From a virus (lineage: Duplodnaviria > Caudoviricetes), in the IMG/VR virus record IMGVR_UViG_3300042330_000238, positions 1 through 59,463 of that record: a stretch of 59,463 bases of DNA; one strand, given 5' to 3'. A program made the position numbers and the translations under genes. The notes under the pieces are model-generated. The model saw only the letters and a program-made list of their open reading frames with translations, searched no databases and had not been told where the DNA came from. This document shows positions 1 through 6,696 of this stretch, one piece after another (position 1 is the stretch's first letter; each line of letters starts with the position of its first letter).

Positions 1-312
1 AGATTTTACAATCTTGGGCTTATACACAGCTTAGCTATTACTATTTCCTTCTTCTCTATGATCGTATAGATACAATCCTCATATAACCCTCAGAAGGTAG
101 GTTAGTGAATTTAGAGGACATTAAGACCACTCGTACTAATACGAAATTGAATTGCCCCTATTCATCCATTTCATTTGAACTTAATCAAAAGCGTCTTATT
201 TAATTCACAAATAATAATCAGATTACCTACTGATTTCCCCTTACAGACAGTCTTGGCTTGTCATTAAACTACCAACAATGTACATTGTTTTGACTTAGGG
301 AGTACTGATATT
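1..312 (-). ncRNA. Putative large structured RNA (3' part runs off the window)
   Basis: No ORF of 60 aa or more; higher GC than the flanks; back-to-back hairpins on the minus strand (AAUCAG/CUGAUU, UCGUA/UACGA, UCCUC/GAGGA, UCUAU/AUAGA, AGAUU-GUAA-AAUCU with a GNRA loop). Confidence 0.5.
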
Positions 313-315
313 AAA

Positions 316-514
316 AAACTACTTATCCATTTCTAAGTGGAATATTTCTCCTAGGATACCTCTATATCCGACTGTATTATTACAACAGCATCTGTTAATT
401 CAGATTATAGTAATCTATCTTACAATAAACAACATCATCTTAGCATGATTATTTCTCTCCTAACTACAAGTATACTTGCACTGCCAGAAACTATCTATCT
501 TCAGTAAGTAGTTT
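316..514 (-). ncRNA. Unassigned structured RNA motif, copy 1
   Basis: 10-bp closing stem 316-325/505-514; junctions CUGAAG and UGUAA shared with the copy at 525-718; G-U pairs favour the minus strand. Confidence 0.7.
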
Positions 515-524
515 AACTTTTAAA

Positions 525-718
525 AAATCACTTGTCCATATCTAGTAGAAATAGTATATCAGTCATTGTACATTTCAGATAAATGATGCCGAACTATTCT
601 TTACAATAAACACAACTGCTAGTACAGTTTATAATATTAGGAATCGAACCTAAATCTCTATCCATGAGAGTTATCCAGTGACGGACATTATTATTGTTTA
701 TCTTCAAGCAAGTGATTT
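525..718 (-). ncRNA. Unassigned structured RNA motif, copy 2 (with tRNA-like insert)
   Basis: 10-bp closing stem 525-534/709-718; same architecture as 316-514 with compensatory changes. Confidence 0.7.
631..694 (-). tRNA. Non-canonical tRNA-like cloverleaf (pseudo-tRNA; UGG at the anticodon-like position)
   Basis: Canonical T-arm UUAGG-UUCGAUU-CCUAA; 6-bp acceptor-like stem; D-like arm; 7-nt loop CAUGGAU; lacks U33 and CCA. Confidence 0.4.
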
Positions 719-723
719 AATTT

Positions 724-1386
724 TTAATTTCTTATTTCAAATAATATTTTATCTGATATAAATTTCATTCCTTTATCGTTTGGATGTGAAGCAATACCAC
801 TATTTTGATATTCTCCCCAAGCATAATTGGTCGGATCAGATTTCATTTCTAAAAGATCTACTAATATACATTTGTTTTCAATTGAGACTTCTCTTATTAT
901 TTTATCTTTTATTGATATGACTTCATAAGGATTTCCACTAGAATCAAATTGATATTGTGACCAAACTGTTGTTACTAATATAATATTATTACCATATTTT
1001 TTATAATAGTTTACAAGTTTTTTTAATGCATCTTTAAAATTACAAACATCACTTACGTTTTCACCAACTTTAATTACAACATAATCATATTGTAAAGATG
1101 TTGTAATTCCATAATGTTCTACACCAACATTAAAATTGTTTTCCCAAACAGCAATGTTTTTTCTATTTAATACATCAGTTTGTAGTTCTGTTTTTAATAG
1201 ACTACAAAAATCTTTATCAGGTGATGATGCAGCCATTCCCCAGTTACCTAACCATTCTCCACCAGGAGCACATTGTGTAATTGAATTACCAATTACTAAT
1301 ACTTTTGGAGGTGTATTATCAACCTCATCTTTTGAACAGCTTGTTAAACTTAATAACATTACTGATAACAATAATAATTTTTTCAT
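724..1386 (-). CDS. SGNH/GDSL-family esterase lipoprotein
   Basis: Lipobox LTSC after a hydrophobic signal; block I VLVIGNSIT, GEN, and C-terminal SHPNDKGM. Confidence 0.85.
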   Translation of the reverse strand: MKKLLLLSVMLLSLTSCSKDEVDNTPPKVLVIGNSITQCAPGGEWLGNWGMAASSPDKDFCSLLKTELQTDVLNRKNIAVWENNFNVGVEHYGITTSLQYDYVVIKVGENVSDVCNFKDALKKLVNYYKKYGNNIILVTTVWSQYQFDSSGNPYEVISIKDKIIREVSIENKCILVDLLEMKSDPTNYAWGEYQNSGIASHPNDKGMKFISDKILFEIRN

Positions 1387-1412
1387 TTTAATAATTTTAA
1401 TGATTAATAGTT

Positions 1413-1733
1413 TTATATTGTAAAATACTTAGCACCTCTATCTTCACAAAGGTCTCTAAATAATTGTACAACTGATTCTAAATGTAATCTCTTACCTCTA
1501 CTATCAAAGAATACTTCTTTGTTAATTGGTATTGTTTGAGACCATGTTTGTACTTTTTCTTCAGATTCTGAAGTTACAGGAACATTTTTAATATCACCTT
1601 TATAGTCTCTAAATGTTACTTTGTTTTCAAAATGAAATGTAATAACACCATTGTTTTCTTGGAATACTTCTTTTAACTTAGCAAATAATCCATTTTCTTT
1701 TTTCACTAATATTGGTTTAGCTTTTGTACTCAT
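1413..1733 (-). CDS. Hypothetical protein
   Basis: 106-aa ORF co-oriented with neighbours. Confidence 0.7.
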   Translation of the reverse strand: MSTKAKPILVKKENGLFAKLKEVFQENNGVITFHFENKVTFRDYKGDIKNVPVTSESEEKVQTWSQTIPINKEVFFDSRGKRLHLESVVQLFRDLCEDRGAKYFTI

Positions 1734-1743
1734 AATATTTAAT

Positions 1744-1914
1744 TTAATTAGTTAATAATTCTTGGTTATAGTCTAAAGAAATAGTTTCTTTAGCTTTAAA
1801 AAATCTTGATGAACTACTTTTAACTTGTTTCACGTAATGTGAACAATAATAAACTGGTAGTCCTATTATATTTACATGTAATTGAAAATATAATAGTGGT
1901 ATGATTTGTTTCAT
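1744..1914 (-). CDS. Small hypothetical protein (56 aa)
   Basis: Manually translated MKQIIPLLYF...ELLTN; ATGA overlap with the upstream ORF. Confidence 0.5.
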   Translation of the reverse strand: MKQIIPLLYFQLHVNIIGLPVYYCSHYVKQVKSSSSRFFKAKETISLDYNQELLTN

Positions 1915-2054
1915 CGTTTAAATTTTTTACGTTTTGGTATAAATATTGGAGTACTACTACCCCACCAAGTTGGTGTTGATTCAGTAGCATCACGATCTAT
2001 TTTTTCTTTAATATCTCTATGAAATGTCATTTCTGCTTTGGATAATTTTTTCAT
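1911..2054 (-). CDS. Small hypothetical protein (47 aa)
   Basis: Manually translated MKKLSKAEM...PIFIPKRKKFKR; AT-rich leader. Confidence 0.55.
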   Translation of the reverse strand: MKKLSKAEMTFHRDIKEKIDRDATESTPTWWGSSTPIFIPKRKKFKR

Positions 2055-2134
2055 GTTAATTTAATTTAAAACATTTGTTTAACTCGTTGAAATTCCAAAT
2101 ATCAACTTCAACGAGTTCTCCTAAAATATATAAT

Positions 2135-2350
2135 CTATTTTTCATGTGTAAATTCATTGTTAAATGGTATGAATGTTGAGCTAACTGTACCATATCCACC
2201 ATTACAAAGTATCTTTTCAGTGGCAATTAAAAATAACCATCCTCCAGGAACTCTTACTAATTCTTCAGTAAAATCACCATTCTTTTTTTCAATTTTATCA
2301 CCTAAAGCCATCTTATACATGTCAGATGTAAATATTTTACTTTTTTTCAT
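2135..2350 (-). CDS. Hypothetical phage protein (RVPGGW motif)
   Basis: 71-aa ORF overlapping the upstream gene. Confidence 0.7.
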   Translation of the reverse strand: MKKSKIFTSDMYKMALGDKIEKKNGDFTEELVRVPGGWLFLIATEKILCNGGYGTVSSTFIPFNNEFTHEK

Positions 2351-2765
2351 AATTTTTATTATTTAATTCATTATTTAAACCTTCATAATAATCAAACCAT
2401 ATTCCAGGTTTTTCAGCAACATCATCGTCTGTTACACCAACTCTAAGATATTTATTATCTGTTGTTGGTAACAATACTTGAGTAGAGCAATCTCCATCAT
2501 AAGAAATTGCTCCTTTTACTTTTTTTAATTCTTGAATTAATGAAACACTATTAAGACTGTCTTCAATTTCAAATTCTTCTTCTTCAAAACATAAATGAGA
2601 ATAACCCCTTTCTTCATATAATTTATTAGGAAATTGTTCTTCATATCTTAATTTTTCTAATGCTATTTGTTCATTATAATACTTTAAAGCATTTTCTTTA
2701 TTTAAAAATAATTTATCTATATTATATGAACCACAGTCATAATATAATGTAGCATATACTTTCAT
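2337..2765 (-). CDS. Hypothetical protein
   Basis: 142-aa ORF in the leftward gene train. Confidence 0.7.
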   Translation of the reverse strand: MKVYATLYYDCGSYNIDKLFLNKENALKYYNEQIALEKLRYEEQFPNKLYEERGYSHLCFEEEEFEIEDSLNSVSLIQELKKVKGAISYDGDCSTQVLLPTTDNKYLRVGVTDDDVAEKPGIWFDYYEGLNNELNNKNYEKK

Positions 2766-2783
2766 TTTAATTCATGTATTAAA

Positions 2784-3110
2784 TTAATCATTGGATAATG
2801 AATTAAATATTTTCATACCAATATGTTTAGATTCAACTTTTCTCATCTTTGTAGGAATACTCCATACTTTAGATTTATCATCAAATCTGAAATCATTTAA
2901 TACAAAATTCCAATAGATATTAAATAGATATGTCATATATGGTTGTGTTAAATAACCATTTTTATTATATCTATTTTTTAATCTACAGAATTCATCTTGT
3001 TGAACCAATCTAAGATGTTGAAATATCTCTTGTTGTTCAATAGCTTTGATCATTGATGTTATTTTAACACCTGAATAACCTTGTCTTTGTAATGTTGTTG
3101 ACTTTTTCAT
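2784..3110 (-). CDS. Hypothetical protein
   Basis: 108-aa ORF. Confidence 0.7.
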   Translation of the reverse strand: MKKSTTLQRQGYSGVKITSMIKAIEQQEIFQHLRLVQQDEFCRLKNRYNKNGYLTQPYMTYLFNIYWNFVLNDFRFDDKSKVWSIPTKMRKVESKHIGMKIFNSLSND

Positions 3111-3142
3111 AATATTTTAGTTAATTTATAATTAAATATATT

Positions 3143-3406
3143 TTATATATTTATTTTATTGTTCCAATTGATCACTAAAAACGGTACTGTTATAATAACA
3201 ATATATACTATTGATATAACATAAAGTATTGTAAGTATTGTTTTATATGCAGGATTATCATCAGGATTTAAAAATAATAATCCTATTAATTTTTTTTGTT
3301 TACAAAATCCATCACCAATTTGATTTCTTTTTTTAATAATATCTAACACTGTTAAAAGAATAATAAAACCAATTACAAAAATTGTAAATAATGTTGATAC
3401 TAACAT
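3143..3406 (-). CDS. Small membrane protein (2 TM)
   Basis: Two long hydrophobic segments. Confidence 0.65.
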   Translation of the reverse strand: MLVSTLFTIFVIGFIILLTVLDIIKKRNQIGDGFCKQKKLIGLLFLNPDDNPAYKTILTILYVISIVYIVIITVPFLVINWNNKINI

Positions 3407-3528
3407 ACTCCTTGATTTTTAACAATTAATACTTTATCTTGTTTAACATAACGTTTTTTACAAGACCATCCAGAACTACAAGCTGTTGTAAATAATACAA
3501 TCACACTTAATAAGATTAATTTTTTCAT
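3400..3528 (-). CDS. Small lipoprotein (42 aa)
   Basis: Manually translated MKKLILLSVIVLFTTAC-SSGWSCKKRY...; lipobox TAC. Confidence 0.6.
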   Translation of the reverse strand: MKKLILLSVIVLFTTACSSGWSCKKRYVKQDKVLIVKNQGVC

Positions 3529-3631
3529 TTTTATTTAATTTAATAGTTAATTTAATAACATACTAATAATTATTATAATTGCAATAATATATAATAGTTT
3601 TATTAGTATGTTATGTGATTTTGAATGATAA

Positions 3632-3844
3632 TTATTCATGTTCTTCCATTATTGGAGCATTCTTTAATTCATAATAAAACCATATGAATGTATTTAATAT
3701 TGATGATGCTCCTAATATTTTTAAACATAATGTTGCTTCTTCAACGTTTAAATCATATAATACAAATATTAATGATGAAAATATTGAAATTCCAAGTAGT
3801 AAATATATTACAATTTGGAATAATGTTTTTGTTGATTTTTTCAT
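3632..3844 (-). CDS. Small membrane protein (2 TM)
   Basis: Two hydrophobic segments, 70 aa. Confidence 0.65.
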   Translation of the reverse strand: MKKSTKTLFQIVIYLLLGISIFSSLIFVLYDLNVEEATLCLKILGASSILNTFIWFYYELKNAPIMEEHE

Positions 3845-3861
3845 AATATTTAATGTGTTAT

Positions 3862-4515
3862 TTATAAATTTTCTTTAATCCATTTATCAATGTCTATATT
3901 AATAATTTGACCATAATGTTTATTAATACAATCTAATTTAAGTTGATATAATTTATTAATAATTTCTTCTTTATTCCAACTATCTTTTAATTTCTTAATT
4001 GTAATAGTATTATCTTTAGGATTTACTTTAAGTATTTGATTAACTTTAATAGGATTATTAGTAATTGAAAAACTATTATCGTCTGAATATTCATTAATGT
4101 ATTCAACTAATACATCAGTAATAACTTCACCTTTATTATAAGATTCAATATATTTTTCAATAAATTGTTGTGATGGTTGAGGTAGATAATTAGAATTTAA
4201 CTTTTTATTACTAAATCCAATCATTAATGAAGTATCTGTTGTAGCTATGATTTTTTTATCTCCTTCTAATATAATTATATTATATTGTCGCTGAAATACT
4301 TTATTATCAATTTCAGAATAAAACCAATCACCTTCTTTTATCTCATCATCTGAAATAATATATAAATGATTGGAATACTGACTTCCATTTATTGAATTAT
4401 AATGACTTTTAGAAAAATTAGATACTAAATCTATATTTTGCCAATCATTTCCATCATAAATAATACCATCTAAATGTGGTAACATTACCACTTGTGCTCT
4501 TTTAAACTGATTCAT
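3862..4515 (-). CDS. Conserved hypothetical Bacteroidota-phage protein
   Basis: Motifs HLYIISDDEIKEGDW, KKIIATTD and LPQPSQQFIEKY, recalled from crAss-like phages. Confidence 0.75.
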   Translation of the reverse strand: MNQFKRAQVVMLPHLDGIIYDGNDWQNIDLVSNFSKSHYNSINGSQYSNHLYIISDDEIKEGDWFYSEIDNKVFQRQYNIIILEGDKKIIATTDTSLMIGFSNKKLNSNYLPQPSQQFIEKYIESYNKGEVITDVLVEYINEYSDDNSFSITNNPIKVNQILKVNPKDNTITIKKLKDSWNKEEIINKLYQLKLDCINKHYGQIINIDIDKWIKENL

Positions 4516-4553
4516 ATCATTTGTTTTTAAGATTAATAATTTGTTTTAAAAAT

Positions 4554-4621
4554 AAACCTCTAATAGCTGTGGTTTCTTCCACTCTTTTATCCAGGCTGAG
4601 CATGACTGGTATTAGAAGTTT
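4554..4621 (-). ncRNA. Small three-way-junction RNA with twister-like core segment
   Basis: 12-bp closing stem; CCAG-loop-CUGG-AUAAAA; GUGG/CCAC-AGC. Confidence 0.5.
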
Positions 4622-4627
4622 AATAAA

Positions 4628-4762
4628 TTTGCATTTTACACCTAAAACTTTAATAGTACAACAATCAGATTATTAGCTAAGCTATAATCTTTTATTCTTG
4701 TTTAATCTATAAACTATTGAAGAAACTGGTGCACTCAATGACTTGTGAAGTTATTAAGTTTT
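4628..4762 (-). ncRNA. Unassigned structured RNA
   Basis: Hairpin 4734-4758, GCACC/GGUGU stem and inserted AAUAGU/ACUAUU domain; no ORF. Confidence 0.5.
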
Positions 4763-4774
4763 TTTGTCTTTGTT

Positions 4775-5120
4775 GTTTACGGTGAACCAGCACACCTTTA
4801 TCATATCACTGGTTGTATAACATATGTCACAACATTTCTCTGTTCTATTGGAATTGATTTATGCAACGTTGCAAAGATAAATCTCCTCATCTGATCACAT
4901 TTGTATTCTTATTGGCTGTTCAGCGTAACCAGAATGTTCATCATTGTTATAAACAATAGAACATACAACTTCTTTGTATTTAAAACCCTCTGTACTTTAT
5001 TATAGTATCTAGTATCTTTCATTACGTCATCTAATAACTTGCAAGTATTTAAATGTGTTAGATTCATAGTTTTAGTTATACAATACATCAATTATAATAA
5101 TCACACCTTGGGAATGTGAA
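4775..5120 (-). ncRNA. Putative ~350-nt structured RNA
   Basis: Long-range complementarities UUGUAUAAC/GUUAUACAA, UGUUCUAUUG/CAAUAGAACA and CACAUUU/AAAUGUG, plus local hairpins. Confidence 0.5.
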
Positions 5121-5130
5121 ATGGTACATT

Positions 5131-5167
5131 AAAAAAGAAACTAATTTTATATAAGTTAGTTTCTTTT
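5131..5167 (-). terminator. Intrinsic terminator (possibly bidirectional)
   Basis: AAAAGAAACTAA/TTAGTTTCTTTT inverted repeat with A and T tracts on either side. Confidence 0.6.
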
Positions 5168-5332
5168 AAGTATATATATTTGTTTATCATTTTAACGAAT
5201 GGTATCCTACTACTATTATTCACGTAATACCTGTTATAAATGTCACATGACTTAAAATTATTTATATGTTAATGTTATAATCACATCGATCCATAATGTG
5301 AAGTTTAAAGCAATTTATACAGTTTTCTTCTG

Positions 5333-5380
5333 CAAGTTTCTGTATTAATCTAGTCTTAGAAACTTGATAAGTGACTAGAT
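5333..5380. ncRNA. H-type pseudoknot
   Basis: Perfect interleaved stems 5333-5341/5358-5366 (9 bp) and 5348-5355/5373-5380 (8 bp). Confidence 0.6.
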
Positions 5381-5425
5381 ATACACTCTTTGTGTTGAAT
5401 AGTGAAAGAATGACTTAAAAACTAT

Positions 5426-5602
5426 TTATATTAAAGATTCATATTCTTCAATATAATCATTTAATTGTTTTTGTAAAACATTAATTTCTTTTTGTGATTT
5501 AATTAAACTTTTTACATTATCACCACGACAATAATCATATTTATTGTATATTTTAATATATAATTGATCAATTAATATTTGTAATTCTTCAAATCTTTTC
5601 AT
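5426..5602 (-). CDS. Small hypothetical protein (58 aa)
   Basis: Manually translated MKRFEELQIL...EEYESLI. Confidence 0.5.
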   Translation of the reverse strand: MKRFEELQILIDQLYIKIYNKYDYCRGDNVKSLIKSQKEINVLQKQLNDYIEEYESLI

Positions 5603-5946
5603 AATTTTGTATATTTATGTTAGTAAATGTTAATAATTTGTATGTAAAATATATAAATAATACAATATACAATATACTTATGAATAGTATAAAATGTATG
5701 TAAAAGCTATTATATTATGTATTGAAGTGATAATTGATGATTTGTGAATTGGTGTTAGAGAGATTGGAATAAATAGTCACTCAATCACTATAACATACAA
5801 TTACATTTCTTAGGTTTAAGACGTAAAAAGTATAAATCGAAGTTGAAAGTATATTTAACCATAATTAAAATATTTAAATTATATGAATGGAAGATGATTG
5901 GACACCACGCAAAGTTACACAAAGTAACCACAATCTTGGTAGCGTC

Positions 5947-5974
5947 AAAAAAGAAAAGAGGTCGTTAGACCTCT
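5947..5974 (-). terminator. Intrinsic terminator after the 5980-6423 gene
   Basis: AGAGGUC-UAAC-GACCUCU followed by a U-rich tail. Confidence 0.85.
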
Positions 5975-5979
5975 AATCA

Positions 5980-6423
5980 TTAAGCTTGTTCCGTACCAAC
6001 TTTAGGTTGTGCAACAGGTTCAGGTGTAGCAACTACATTAACTACAAACTGTTTATGCAATTTAGCATAATCATCTGCAAGACACATACGAGCTTGAGAA
6101 TATCTACCTAAAGACTCTTGAGTCGAAGGATTGATATCCTGTGATTGACCTTCATAGAAAGGTGTTTCACTGTAAGCACGATATGCACGCATTTTACCTG
6201 CGTTAACCATATCAACAATCACTTGTTGTTGACGTTGTACAGCCTCAAGGTTGTTACCTCTAAACCATACAATGTTACGGTCAACAGTAATATTACCTGT
6301 AGCAATGTCGAAACCCTCTTGAGTAACGTCAATCCCTACAGAATGTAATTGTCCGCCATTTTCTACGTCGTAAGTCCACACTGCTTGTCCGTCTTCGTTA
6401 GCAAATACTTTAGCTATTTTCAT
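5980..6423 (-). CDS. Highly expressed early protein, possibly ssDNA-binding
   Basis: 147 aa; codon usage biased to C-ending codons and CGT; PFYEGQ..INP motif; own terminator; first gene left of the strand switch. The SSB function is only a guess. Confidence 0.6.
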   Translation of the reverse strand: MKIAKVFANEDGQAVWTYDVENGGQLHSVGIDVTQEGFDIATGNITVDRNIVWFRGNNLEAVQRQQQVIVDMVNAGKMRAYRAYSETPFYEGQSQDINPSTQESLGRYSQARMCLADDYAKLHKQFVVNVVATPEPVAQPKVGTEQA

Positions 6424-6440
6424 AATAATAAGATATTATA

Positions 6441-6541
6441 GTGTCAAGGCCGATTCATAGCTCAATAACACATAGTTATACATTAGGAGCTCCCGACAAT
6501 TCCCTTGACGGGTACACTCCAAAGTTTTGTACAAGTCGGGG
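6441..6541 (-). promoter_or_regulatory. Pseudoknotted 5' leader of the 5980-6423 gene
   Basis: Interleaved stems CCCGAC/GUCGGG and GUCAAGG/CCUUGAC, plus hairpins GUAC/GUAC and AGCUC/GAGCU; ends about 20 nt before the ATG. Confidence 0.6.
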
Positions 6542-6662
6542 TATGATTTTGGGTTAGTCAACACTCACGTCAATTAAAAACTTTTTGAAAATTTTGAAAA
6601 AAAAATATTTTTACTAAAAGCTATTGGTATAATAAAATAATTTGAAAATAATCACTAAAAAA

Positions 6663-6694
6663 TTAGGAATTGTCAAATAAATGTTATATCTTTG
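6663..6694 (+). promoter_or_regulatory. Bacteroidota sigma-A-type promoter
   Basis: TTAG-N20-TATCTTTG. Confidence 0.75.
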
Positions 6695-6696
6695 CA

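Noticed and set aside
316-514. Hammerhead ribozyme (CUGAAGA after P1)
   Set aside because: No GAAA-P3-UH arrangement in the right register; the second copy reads CUUGAAG
4815-4850. Hairpin ribozyme loop B resemblance (CAGAGAAA...UAUGUUA)
   Set aside because: Flanking helices and loop A could not be formed
4872-4903. TATCTTTG on the minus strand as an early promoter
   Set aside because: No TTTG at the 20-nt spacing seen in the other promoters; sits inside a hairpin
4909-5091. 60-aa minus-strand ORF
   Set aside because: Alternative start, no recognisable features, lies in a heavily base-paired region
5891-6541. HDV-like/theta ribozyme identity for the two pseudoknots
   Set aside because: Topology partly similar, but P3/L3, P1.1 and a properly placed catalytic C are not evident
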